From Candidatus Nanohalarchaeota archaeon (GTDB taxonomy: Archaea; Nanohalarchaeota; Nanosalinia; Nanosalinales; Nanosalinaceae), in contig JALDAJ010000001.1 of the NCBI GenBank assembly GCA_022729235.1, positions 224,001-288,000 of the forward strand: a stretch of 64,000 nucleotides of DNA, given 5' to 3'. Made by a program: the position numbers and the translations under genes. Each line of letters begins with the position of its first letter. Position 1 is the stretch's first letter. The notes under the pieces were generated by a model, which searched no databases, was not told where the DNA came from, and was given only the letters and a program-made list of their open reading frames with translations. This document shows, in pieces, positions 18,356 through 27,516 of this stretch.

Positions 18356-19242
18356 AGTATCTCCTCCAGTTTGTCGCCTATCTCGTGGTGCACGTCTACC
18401 ACGTGTGCACCTGCGTCTTGGAGGGCTTTAACTTTACCTGACGGCGTGCCTCTTTCACCCCTTATGATGGCGCCGGCGTGCCCGTACTTCTTCTCGGGCA
18501 TCTCCTCCGTGAACTTTCCGGCGATGAAAGCAATCAGCGGCTTCGAGAACCCTCCCTTCTCCAGCAGTTCCGCGGCTTTCTCTTCGTAGGTACCGCCTAG
18601 CTCGCCGTACATGACGACCGCTTCCGTCTGAGGGTCTTCCTCGAAAAGCTTTAGCGCGTCCTCGAAGGACGTTCCGGCGATTACGTCTCCGCCGAGACCA
18701 GCTGCTGTCGAGATACCGTAGCCTTTCTGCCTGATGACCCACGCGGTCTCCGTTGTCATCCCTCCGCTCTTCGATATCACTCCTACCTTACCCGGCTCGT
18801 ATACTTTTCCAGGACTGCTTCCGCCGATAGGCCCGAGCTTGCACTCGCCCGGCGTTATTATACCGACCGAGGTCGGTCCGACAACTCTTGCGCCTTTCTC
18901 TCTTGCTTTCTCGTTTATCTTCCACGCATCTTTCGTAGGTATCCGTTCAGTCACGATGTTAAGGAGCGGTATATCGTTCTCCAGCGCCTCGAACGCTGCG
19001 TCTTTAGCCGCGAAGCTGGGTACGTACACGAGCGATGCATTAATTTCTGGGTGCTCGTTAAGCGCCTCCCTGACGGTGTCGTAGACCGGTACGCCCGTGA
19101 CTTCCTGCCCGCCTTTGCCCGGAGTCACGCCCGCGACGACGTCGGTCCCGTACTCTATCATCTCCGGTACTTTTTCGGATGCCTCCCTGCCTGTTATTCC
19201 CTGGACCAGTACCTTTGTATCCTCATCAACCAGTATACTCAT
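18352..19242 (-). CDS. Succinyl-CoA-synthetase-alpha-like / citryl-CoA synthetase small subunit
   Basis: VQGITG, GVTPGKGG, SKSGGM, GELGG, YGHAGA phospho-His. Confidence 0.88.
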   Translation of the reverse strand: MSILVDEDTKVLVQGITGREASEKVPEMIEYGTDVVAGVTPGKGGQEVTGVPVYDTVREALNEHPEINASLVYVPSFAAKDAAFEALENDIPLLNIVTERIPTKDAWKINEKAREKGARVVGPTSVGIITPGECKLGPIGGSSPGKVYEPGKVGVISKSGGMTTETAWVIRQKGYGISTAAGLGGDVIAGTSFEDALKLFEEDPQTEAVVMYGELGGTYEEKAAELLEKGGFSKPLIAFIAGKFTEEMPEKKYGHAGAIIRGERGTPSGKVKALQDAGAHVVDVHHEIGDKLEEIL

Positions 19243-19895
19243 TCTTGCGTCATCTCTTCTCGAACCGCGTCTTCGATGTTTTCAAAGCTGAGTTCTTCTA
19301 TCTGTTTCCCGTTCCAGTCGGAGCCAAATGTGTTGAACTGTTTCACCCAGACGAACTCCATGCCGACTTTCCGGCATCCTTGATCCACTCTCGCATTGTT
19401 TCCAAAATAGGTGAACTCCTCCGCGCGTTCGTCCCGGATATTGAGAAAAGCCTGGAAAATATCTCTCGATGGTTTCTCCGCGCCGACTTCTTCTGAGACA
19501 ACGTAGCCCTCGTAGTTGATGTAGTGGTTCCTGAAAACATCAATCATGAACTCTTTCTCCTCCACAGAATTGTCGCTGATGAAGCCTATAGTTCCCAGCT
19601 GAGAGTTGCACCTCATAAGGGTTTCGGGTATCTCGCTTCCCGCGATGAACCTCCGCGCCTTTCTCCTGTACGCCTCCACTATATCTTCCGGGTCTGCCTT
19701 GAGATTGTTCGACATCAGGAAATCGTGGACCTCCTGTAGCTTGAAGATGTTGTACTCGTAAATCGGGAACCTCGGTATATCCTTCTCAGGGTATCCCTGC
19801 TCCACCAAGACATCCTTCACCGCCTCGTTCATCAAACGGTCGTCCGGCAGTAAAGTGTCGCCGATGTCGAATACAGGTGTTTTAATCCTAGCCAT
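19239..19895 (-). CDS. HAD-superfamily hydrolase
   Basis: FDIGDTL, ISD, EKP, FGNN..VD. Confidence 0.75.
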   Translation of the reverse strand: MARIKTPVFDIGDTLLPDDRLMNEAVKDVLVEQGYPEKDIPRFPIYEYNIFKLQEVHDFLMSNNLKADPEDIVEAYRRKARRFIAGSEIPETLMRCNSQLGTIGFISDNSVEEKEFMIDVFRNHYINYEGYVVSEEVGAEKPSRDIFQAFLNIRDERAEEFTYFGNNARVDQGCRKVGMEFVWVKQFNTFGSDWNGKQIEELSFENIEDAVREEMTQE

Positions 19896-21057
19896 CAGTC
19901 GAAACCTCCGGTTTCTCATCCTCCGAACTCTCCGAGTTTCGTCCGTCCACCATCTCCATCAAGACCTCCGCGGTCTCAGTCATCGGAGTGTCATTCCTGA
20001 AAAGCTCCATTTCGAGCCCGAGTTTGTCGCGGGTCTCCCTCAGCAGCTCGAACGCTTTATCGGCGTTCGGTCCGTCTCGCCTCACAACTATCGGGTAGTC
20101 CGGCTCGATTTCTTCCAGCGCCTGGCAGAAGCCTTTCATGGTGCGATAGATGTCGGTGTTGTTTGCTGTTCCTCCTGCATGCCAGCAACCCTCAAGACCG
20201 GGCTTTGAAAGCACTATTTTCGATAACCGGTAGACCTTCTCCGTGGGCGGATTGCCCCCGTATTCAGTGTAGTTCGCCGGGCTTCCGCCGTACGATATCA
20301 GCGCGTCCATATTTGTCAGTGACGCGCCACCCCCGGCAAGCATCATCGCGATGTCGCCGTCCAGCTCGGTGTATTTGCCCGCGATTCCATGGTGGTCGTC
20401 CTCATCGATTCTCTCCGCTTTAATCTCTCTATCTGTTTTCTCCCTGCCGAACTCTGACCGCTCCGAATAGTCGCGGTCGTGCCTGTAGGACGCGTCATCC
20501 TCTAAATCTATCACCGCATCCAGAACCACATATCCCTCTCCCGTCTTGACGAGCGGGTTGACCTCCAGCATCCGGGCGTCCTCCTCGAAGAAGCAATGCG
20601 CCAGCTTCTCCAGCGCGGAACCCAGTTTAACGATGTCGTCGCTTTCTACACTGTTCTCCTTCAGAAACTGCCGTATCCTCCACTGCAGGACATCTTCAAG
20701 CACCAGTTTCTCGACTTCTCTATCCTCGATTCCTGTTCCACCGTCTCTAGAAAACATGAGCACAGGTTTTCTCAAATCGGTATCGTAGATTATAGCGGCG
20801 TAGTATTCCGCCGAGTAATCAACTTTCTCCTCGACCAGGACTTCCTCCACACGGCGACCATTGACCTCGCTACCTCTCATCTCCGAGGCAATTTCCTCTG
20901 CTTCCTTCCTGCTGGATGCGAACTTGACACCGCCGTGCTCCTTCCTGTTCTTCGCCAGCACCTGTGCCTTGACCACGTACTCTTCTCCGTTATCGCGGGG
21001 CGTCTCCAGACCGTAGTTTTCGAGAAGTTCCTTGGCTTCGTGTTCGAAAAGCTTCAC
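19888..21057 (-). CDS. ATP-grasp subunit of ATP-citrate lyase / citryl-CoA synthetase large subunit
   Basis: KLFEHEAK, EVNPL; ACL-type AGGGAS, ANYTEYGGNP, GGTANNTD, VRRDGPN; GTG start. Confidence 0.85.
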   Translation of the reverse strand: MKLFEHEAKELLENYGLETPRDNGEEYVVKAQVLAKNRKEHGGVKFASSRKEAEEIASEMRGSEVNGRRVEEVLVEEKVDYSAEYYAAIIYDTDLRKPVLMFSRDGGTGIEDREVEKLVLEDVLQWRIRQFLKENSVESDDIVKLGSALEKLAHCFFEEDARMLEVNPLVKTGEGYVVLDAVIDLEDDASYRHDRDYSERSEFGREKTDREIKAERIDEDDHHGIAGKYTELDGDIAMMLAGGGASLTNMDALISYGGSPANYTEYGGNPPTEKVYRLSKIVLSKPGLEGCWHAGGTANNTDIYRTMKGFCQALEEIEPDYPIVVRRDGPNADKAFELLRETRDKLGLEMELFRNDTPMTETAEVLMEMVDGRNSESSEDEKPEVSTDG

Positions 21058-21108
21058 GTTAACCGTGTTGTATCCAAAACTTAAAGCATTCACTGAGAAT
21101 CGGATACC

Positions 21109-21627
21109 ATGGTATACACCGGTCGCGGCGATAAGGGAGAAACTGATCTCGGCTCAGGCGAGAGCGTGGGAAAGGACTCGGAGAGACTTGAAGCGTACGG
21201 AACCGTCGACGAATTAAATTCTCTTCTCGGCGTGGTAGCTTCGAAGTCAGAGAGAAAAAGAGAGGATATCGAGGCGATACAGAACGAGCTGCATATTTTA
21301 CAGGCGGAGCTAGCAGACATGAACTCGGAGCACAGGATTACTGAAGAAGACATCGATAGGCTTGAAAACGAGTGTGATTCTTACCAAGAAGAACTGCCTC
21401 ATCCAGGAGGTTTCGTAATATCCGGGGGTACGGAAACTGCAAGCTATCTACATCTTGCACGTTCAGTAGCGAGGAGAGCAGAGAGAAAAATTGCGGCGCT
21501 GAGAAACGAGAAATATATCCAGCCAGAAGTATTGACGTATATTAACCGGTTGAGCGACCTGTTCTTCCTGATGGCGCGGCACGAGAACCATGTTGAAGGT
21601 GTCGAGGAGAAGAATCCGGACTACTGA
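21109..21627 (+). CDS. PduO-type cob(I)alamin adenosyltransferase
   Basis: YTGRGDKGET, AYGTVDELNS, ARSVARRAER, YINRLSD. Confidence 0.93.
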   Translation: MVYTGRGDKGETDLGSGESVGKDSERLEAYGTVDELNSLLGVVASKSERKREDIEAIQNELHILQAELADMNSEHRITEEDIDRLENECDSYQEELPHPGGFVISGGTETASYLHLARSVARRAERKIAALRNEKYIQPEVLTYINRLSDLFFLMARHENHVEGVEEKNPDY

Positions 21628-22374
21628 TTACATCTTCCGCGTCCATTCGTTGCTGGAGAACTTTTCATCAGCCAGTTCGCACGCCTCTTCAAGCTCTTCC
21701 TCGGTCAGCGAACCTTCTTTCCCACCGTATTCTTCCTTGAACTTTTGCTTCATCTCGTCGATGACTTCTTCCCGTGAATGTTCGATATAGTCCTTCATTA
21801 CCGCAACCCGTTTCTCCGCAGATTCTATCGCCTTGTCCGACACTTTCTCCTTACCGATGCGCAGAGCTTTCAGCATCTTTCTAGTATCGAGGTCGTAGCT
21901 CAGCATGGTGTGGTGCAGTACCGCGTCCTGTTTCCTCAACTGTGCGGCACCACCGATTTTCCCGTCCGGGTGCTCTATGTCGTTTAGAGGTCTCCACTCC
22001 ACGTCAAGCCCAAGAGAGTTCAGCGCCTGGATAGCCCATCTGTCAAGCTCACGGTAGCTTTTTTCGACGTCCGCCGGCACCTCCTTCTTCGGTATGTAGA
22101 GCGAGTAAGTTATCACGTTTCCAGGTTCGGCGTACATCGCACCACCGCCCGTTATACGCCGTACGACCTCTATCTCGTTCTCCGTCACATAGCCATGCTG
22201 TACCTCATCTTGGTATGCCTGGAATCTTCCAAAAGGAATCGAGGAATTCTCGCGGTGCCAGAAGCGCAGTGTCGGACGCATCTCTCCACTATCCAGCTTC
22301 TCGGTCAAAACTTCGTCGAGGGCGTGGTGCACCGCCTCCGAGTATCTTCCTTCATCTATTATACGCCACTTCAT
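21628..22374 (-). CDS. Lipoate-protein ligase A, catalytic domain
   Basis: RRITGGGA, LNDI, KIGGAAQ, LHH. Confidence 0.9.
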   Translation of the reverse strand: MKWRIIDEGRYSEAVHHALDEVLTEKLDSGEMRPTLRFWHRENSSIPFGRFQAYQDEVQHGYVTENEIEVVRRITGGGAMYAEPGNVITYSLYIPKKEVPADVEKSYRELDRWAIQALNSLGLDVEWRPLNDIEHPDGKIGGAAQLRKQDAVLHHTMLSYDLDTRKMLKALRIGKEKVSDKAIESAEKRVAVMKDYIEHSREEVIDEMKQKFKEEYGGKEGSLTEEELEEACELADEKFSSNEWTRKM

Positions 22375-22643
22375 CCAGACACCACCTTTTCCAGTGCTTC
22401 CACGACATGCTCCGGGGAGAAACCTATGAGTTCCGCGTCTACATCCTCGATAGCATCTATGACTTCTTCTTCGGAGAAGTCTGTTGGAACTCCTGTTATA
22501 GCCTCTTCTATATCTTCAAGGGCTTCAGGCGGCTGGATGAAGAAATCACCGGTTATAGAGATCTGGTTAAAGACATCGTCAAAATCAGCCTCCACTTGAA
22601 CGAGCTTACCGTCCGGTACTTTAACCGAGGCTTTCTCTGCCAT
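22371..22643 (-). CDS. Stand-alone lipoate-protein ligase C-terminal domain (LplB-like)
   Basis: KVPDGKL, ITGDFFIQPPE; overlaps the lplA start. Confidence 0.85.
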   Translation of the reverse strand: MAEKASVKVPDGKLVQVEADFDDVFNQISITGDFFIQPPEALEDIEEAITGVPTDFSEEEVIDAIEDVDAELIGFSPEHVVEALEKVVSG

Positions 22644-22699
22644 ACGTAGAACGGTTAAATCCCAATTTATATAGGTTGTCAAGACTAACTTCCGGTTAA

Positions 22700-23446
22700 A
22701 TGGGTCAGGTAGAGGGAATATCTTACCGTACAGAGAAAGGGGAAGGAACTCCTCTAGTCTTCATACACGGGTGGCTATGCTCGAAGGAGACCTGGGAACC
22801 TATAGATGACGAGCTTGAAATCGATAATCCGAAGGTGTTCTACGATTTGCGCTGTCACGGCGAATCCTCCTGTTCAAAATTCGACTTTGATATCCTGGCA
22901 GAGGATCTCAAAACCGTTATAGAAGAGCTCGGACTGGAGAATCCGGTACTGGTCGGGGACTCGATGGGAGGTATGGTTGCATTGACCTATGCCGTCCAGT
23001 ACGACGGTTTTTCAGGACTCTTTCTAACCGGGACCTGTGCCTCAACACCTGAACCCGAGAACTACTCGCCGCGTTTCTTCCTCGAAAAATTCGGTTCTAT
23101 GGACCGGCGTGCGTGGGCGATAGAGATAATCGAGAACTATGCCTCTGACACAGATAACGTGGAGGCGAAGGATGCAGCCCGTAAGACCCTTATAGAGGCG
23201 GGAGACACCGAAGTGATCTATGGTTTAGGTTCGATGATAAGCTACGATTTGAGAGACAGGTTAGAAGAGTTAGACACGTCTGCCGCGGTCGTGGCAGGAA
23301 AGAAAGACGGAGCGATAACTATGGAAAAATCAAAAGAACTAGCAGAGATTCTTGACGCAGAGTTACATAAAATCGATGCCACACACCTGATGTTCTCAGA
23401 GAAACCGGGAAAGATAGCCAGTTTACTTGAAAACTTCCTCTCCTGA
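22700..23446 (+). CDS. Alpha/beta hydrolase
   Basis: FIHGW, DLRCHGES, GDSMGG, G..D, late His. Confidence 0.88.
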   Translation: MGQVEGISYRTEKGEGTPLVFIHGWLCSKETWEPIDDELEIDNPKVFYDLRCHGESSCSKFDFDILAEDLKTVIEELGLENPVLVGDSMGGMVALTYAVQYDGFSGLFLTGTCASTPEPENYSPRFFLEKFGSMDRRAWAIEIIENYASDTDNVEAKDAARKTLIEAGDTEVIYGLGSMISYDLRDRLEELDTSAAVVAGKKDGAITMEKSKELAEILDAELHKIDATHLMFSEKPGKIASLLENFLS

Positions 23447-24322
23447 TTCTAAATCTTCAAATCCGTCATATCTACCCTGTAGAGAGAACCTGTTCCTGCT
23501 GTCTCCTGTCAGGAGGCAGAAGCCACGGTAATCCCTGCCTTCACCATCCACAGGATTTTCCAGCCACTCGTCTGTCGAGTAACGTTCCCTTCTCCAGTAA
23601 TCCATACCATCATCTGTAAGACTCTCCTCCCTATACTCAAAGGGAAACTTGTCGGCGATATGGTCCAGGAAGTGCTCCTGGTAAGACTCCTTCAATCCCG
23701 TCCTGTTTAACGCCGGATCCTCCGAAAGCGCTGGTAGGCGCTCTATATACTTTTTCTCTTCTACTTGGTGCTCCTCGCCGTCCCTGAGCCTTATCCACCT
23801 TTCCAGGTCCTCCGCAGGCCACTCCTCGAGAGAGACCATGCCAACGAAAAGGATTGAACCTGAATCATAGTCTACGTAAGTGCTGTTGCCTGACAGGGGC
23901 TTACCATCCAGCAGAACACATAGCTCGTCACTGTCTTCCGCGAGACCCAACCTCTCCTGTTCAACGCCAACATCCACGCAACTATCGATAATCGAAGGTC
24001 CTATGTAGCGTTCGAACAAGTCCTCTTTACGTCCCGGATACTCTCCTGACTCCGGGAGCGCTATCGCGTAGTGGAAGTCTCCCGGCTTTATCATTATCGC
24101 GGAGCCACCGGTCAGCCTCCTGTTAAGCGGCAGACCGTCACCCTTTATCTCCCCCTGATTCACGTGATTCAGGGGTTCCGATCTTGCAAGAGAGATTCCT
24201 TCTTTACTGAACTCCGAGACATCGACGACAGGCATACCTTCTCTCGCCCGGCTGAGATGGCGATTGTAAGCCGAGAAGACCTTCTCTATATCGCCTTCTA
24301 TACTCTGTAGTTCCGCGTCCAT
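23423..24322 (-). CDS. Divergent lipoate/biotin-ligase-family protein
   Basis: RRLTGGSA, DGKPLSGNS; catalytic Lys context altered. Confidence 0.6.
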   Translation of the reverse strand: MDAELQSIEGDIEKVFSAYNRHLSRAREGMPVVDVSEFSKEGISLARSEPLNHVNQGEIKGDGLPLNRRLTGGSAIMIKPGDFHYAIALPESGEYPGRKEDLFERYIGPSIIDSCVDVGVEQERLGLAEDSDELCVLLDGKPLSGNSTYVDYDSGSILFVGMVSLEEWPAEDLERWIRLRDGEEHQVEEKKYIERLPALSEDPALNRTGLKESYQEHFLDHIADKFPFEYREESLTDDGMDYWRRERYSTDEWLENPVDGEGRDYRGFCLLTGDSRNRFSLQGRYDGFEDLESGEEVFK

Positions 24323-24400
24323 CTTTAACCGTAGATGAAAATAGGCGACACTACCTGTTAAAAAACTAGTCACCAACTCAGTTTACAGTATTCTCCATAC

Positions 24401-24434
24401 GCGGGGGTAGCCAAGAATAGCTTGCCAACCCCCT
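24401..24434 (+). repeat. Direct and inverted copy of the tRNA-Leu(TAG) 5' end
   Basis: gcgggggtagccaag at 24401 and 24467; cttgccaaccccct is the antisense. Confidence 0.8.
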
Positions 24435-24466
24435 CCTCAAAAACAATAGGCAAGCCTTTACCCCAT

Positions 24467-24549
24467 GCGGGGGTAGCCAAGTGGCCAAAGGCGCAGGATT
24501 TAGGCTCCTGTCCTGCAGAGGTTCGCAGGTTCGAATCCTGTCCCCCGCA
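24467..24549 (+). tRNA. tRNA-Leu(TAG), no intron
   Basis: GCGGGGG/CCCCCGC, CAGGA-TT-TAG-GC-TCCTG, variable arm. Confidence 0.94.
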
Positions 24550-24615
24550 CTATTACATCTCGCTCAAGACAGCGACCTGCAAACATTCCATGTTTGCTCT
24601 ATCTCAAAAGATGTC

Positions 24616-25266
24616 TCAGGAAGCCTCCGGCAACAGTTCTGGGAGAACATCTTGAGCGGTATAGGGTGATACTGCAAAGCCTGTGTCCGGTCCCTGTCTG
24701 GCACTGATTATACCTGCTACTTCTCCTTCTTGAGTTATCATAGGTCCGCCTGAATTACCTGGTCGTATAGATGCCTCTATCCTCACCGCGTCCTCTATTG
24801 TAACACCTTCCTGGGTCATGACGGAATGGTTTAAGCCACTTACTTCTCCTATAGTAGTCTTCTTCCCCTGTCCGTGCGGATTACCTATTATAAGCAGTTC
24901 CTGGTTCTTTTCCGGAAGCTCTTCAGCTATCTCAAGTTCATCGGCTTCAGACGGTATTTCCTCCATTTCCAGCACTGCTAGGTCGCTGTCGTAGTCCCTG
25001 CCTACAATCTCCGCATTTTTCCATTCTCCCTCACCGAAGCTTACGTGTATTGTTCCCAGAGGATTGTTTCTAGGGGCTACAACATGGTTATTTGTAACGA
25101 TGTAGTTTGACTCGTAAACAAAACCTGATCCCATATTCAGCTCCTCCCCTCCCCACCCCTTGATTTCGACCACAGATTCGCTATAACTCTCGTCAAAGCC
25201 CTCAATCTCTGCTGCTGCAGGATACACCAGAAAAGCCACGATAACTAGGAGATAGACCGGTTTCAT
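24616..25266 (-). CDS. Secreted trypsin-like (HtrA-type) serine protease without PDZ domain
   Basis: Signal peptide, TNNHV, DLAVL, PGNSGGP. Confidence 0.9.
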   Translation of the reverse strand: MKPVYLLVIVAFLVYPAAAEIEGFDESYSESVVEIKGWGGEELNMGSGFVYESNYIVTNNHVVAPRNNPLGTIHVSFGEGEWKNAEIVGRDYDSDLAVLEMEEIPSEADELEIAEELPEKNQELLIIGNPHGQGKKTTIGEVSGLNHSVMTQEGVTIEDAVRIEASIRPGNSGGPMITQEGEVAGIISARQGPDTGFAVSPYTAQDVLPELLPEAS

Positions 25267-25360
25267 TGTCTTATCTATCTATATTTCTCAGTTTTGAAGA
25301 ACTCCTGTAGCGTATGTAATATTTGACGCTATATCAATTCCAGAAGAATCATATAAACCC

Positions 25361-25687
25361 TTAATAGTCATCTTCATCCTCTCTTACCTCATCCCAGAGT
25401 TCATCGAGACCGTTCTCACGGTATACCTCTCCTACCCTGTCATGCATTCCATCCATTAAACCTTCAAGCCCTTTGGCACCTACCACTGCACCGAGCATGA
25501 ACGCGCTGACAGAGTTATAATCAGAATAACTGTATAGCAATCCTGTAGCGGCTACCGGCTGGTACGTTTCTTGTCCAGCATTCCCAGGAAGTTTCCCTGC
25601 ATCATCAAGCAACCGCAGGGAACCGGCTATGCTAGCTGAAATCGTGGCTCCGGCTAGAAAGCTCCCTGCATACACAGAATCCTCCAT
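25361..25687 (-). CDS. Hypothetical membrane protein
   Basis: Hydrophobic segments, acidic C-terminus. Confidence 0.5.
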   Translation of the reverse strand: MEDSVYAGSFLAGATISASIAGSLRLLDDAGKLPGNAGQETYQPVAATGLLYSYSDYNSVSAFMLGAVVGAKGLEGLMDGMHDRVGEVYRENGLDELWDEVREDEDDY

Positions 25688-25693
25688 CGGAAA

Positions 25694-26383
25694 TCACGGG
25701 TCGATGTGCCTCCCTTTTCCAGTCACCTGTTTCTGTTCAAACCCGGCGCCGAAACCGGCGCTCAGGACGCGGGTTATAGCCTCAGTTTTCGTCTCATCGG
25801 TTCTCGTCACCCATTGCTCATCTATCTCAACGAGGAAACCGGAGGTTATATTCGGGGAGGTCGGTATAAATACAAGGTTTTGTCCTCTTTTGCACCCGTT
25901 ACCAGTCTCAAACCCGGTGATTTTCATCCCTCCTAGGTCAACTTTAACCGGGTGCCCGAAGTCAGAGCTTCCGAGGACTGTGTCAGCAGTTGTCTTTGTT
26001 GCACTGTAAACCGTGCCCAAAATAGGCGTCTTACCGATTGTCCTGTCAACACCATCCTCTAAACGTGTACCATAACCAGTACTTGCAAACTTTCCTATAC
26101 CTGCGACCGCGATACCTCCAAGTACAGAGATAACTATCAGCTTTATAGCCTGGTTAACATAGTAATAAGAGGTAATTTCCAGGAAACCTGTCGCCGGTAC
26201 ACCGCTCATAAGTCCGAGAATCCAGAAAACGATAGCCAGCGTGATTATTATCGGCGATAAGAAAATTAGACCTGCTGCCATCGAGCTACTGCTTCTCCCT
26301 AGAAACCCTGGTTCCTTTCCAGACACCGTCTTTAATTCCCTGTTCTCATCCATTTCTACCCCCTCCTCTCCAAGCGTATTCAT
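25694..26383 (-). CDS. DUF502 membrane protein
   Basis: PILGTVY, VFIPTSPNITSGF, VLSAG. Confidence 0.85.
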   Translation of the reverse strand: MNTLGEEGVEMDENRELKTVSGKEPGFLGRSSSSMAAGLIFLSPIIITLAIVFWILGLMSGVPATGFLEITSYYYVNQAIKLIVISVLGGIAVAGIGKFASTGYGTRLEDGVDRTIGKTPILGTVYSATKTTADTVLGSSDFGHPVKVDLGGMKITGFETGNGCKRGQNLVFIPTSPNITSGFLVEIDEQWVTRTDETKTEAITRVLSAGFGAGFEQKQVTGKGRHIDP

Positions 26384-26737
26384 TCTTACATGAAGACAAG
26401 GCTGGGTATCTCTGGATTAAAATAATAGTTACACCAGGAAATCCTCACTTTCAATATAGCCCTCTGAAAACCCTTGTATCCCTCCGCTTACCTCTCTATC
26501 CTCCGTCCCTCTAAAAGCTTTATACAGGCTCAGATATAGAAACAAAGAAGTAATAACAGGTTTAAAAGAATATAGCTGTAGTAAAATAGTTTTTATCATT
26601 AAATAGTTCAGTAAATAGCCTATATTAGGATTTAACTTTCTTTAAAAACTTCTTTGAAAGATAAAAGCTTTATACGTTCGGCAAAAGAGTCGAACAACCC
26701 AAAAACCACAGAAATAACTTTCATGAGGTGATACTAT

Positions 26738-27499
26738 ATGACAGACGATACAGACAGTAGTGACACGATAGATGTAGGAGAAGATGTTGACACAGATGTA
26801 AAAGGCGTAGGAGAAGACGTTGATACAACTAAAACCGAGGACAGAAATCTACGGCAACGTACCCGGGACTACTTTACAGCAGATGAAGATACAGAAGAAG
26901 GCTGGGGAGCACCCGCAGCAGGCACCCGATTCAGCAGAAGAGGATTTGTTACAGGTGCCGGAGCAGCAGTAATCGGTGCAGGAGTTCTAGGATACGGAGC
27001 CACGGAAGCAGATCTTCTAAACGAGGATCCGGCAGCACCAGCCCCTCCAGCAGTAGATGAAACACCGACACCCACCCCTGAGCCAGGAGTAGCTATAGAA
27101 AGGGAGAACGAATACCGGTTCGACTCCGAGCAAGAGTTAAAGGAAGCGACCCCGGAGGACTGGGTATGCAACCCTTCACCGGGGAACTACCTCGCCACAT
27201 TCAACTCTGACGAAGTAGAAGACTTGCTTACTGAGGGCGACCTCCACGGTACAGACCCAACTGGAACTCTAAACTCTGAAGAACGGGCAATGGACCTCGG
27301 CGACATAACGCCGCACCAAGGCCTTTACGCCCTAGACGTCGACCGGAGAAGTACCGACGATGGAGAAGAATACGGATTCTTTGTCCAGATTGTAGGTCAG
27401 GAAGAGGGAGGAGTCTACGCGACCAGGGGCGCAGCAGTCGAGATGATAGACGAACTTGAAAGACAGGACGATCTCGAAGGTTTCTACGAATGCACATGA
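26738..27499 (+). CDS. Tat-motif membrane-anchored protein with acidic N-terminal extension
   Basis: SRRGFV plus hydrophobic stretch at about aa 66; PT linker; SD GAGGTGA. Confidence 0.7.
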   Translation: MTDDTDSSDTIDVGEDVDTDVKGVGEDVDTTKTEDRNLRQRTRDYFTADEDTEEGWGAPAAGTRFSRRGFVTGAGAAVIGAGVLGYGATEADLLNEDPAAPAPPAVDETPTPTPEPGVAIERENEYRFDSEQELKEATPEDWVCNPSPGNYLATFNSDEVEDLLTEGDLHGTDPTGTLNSEERAMDLGDITPHQGLYALDVDRRSTDDGEEYGFFVQIVGQEEGGVYATRGAAVEMIDELERQDDLEGFYECT

Positions 27500-27516
27500 A
27501 GACGAGGTGAGAAGTA

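Noticed and set aside
18352-21057. Canonical sucCD call
   Set aside because: Beta subunit has ACL-type motifs and the operon contains a citryl-CoA lyase.
26384-26737. Replication origin
   Set aside because: AT-rich, but no ORB-like repeats or cdc6 nearby; may just hold divergent promoters.
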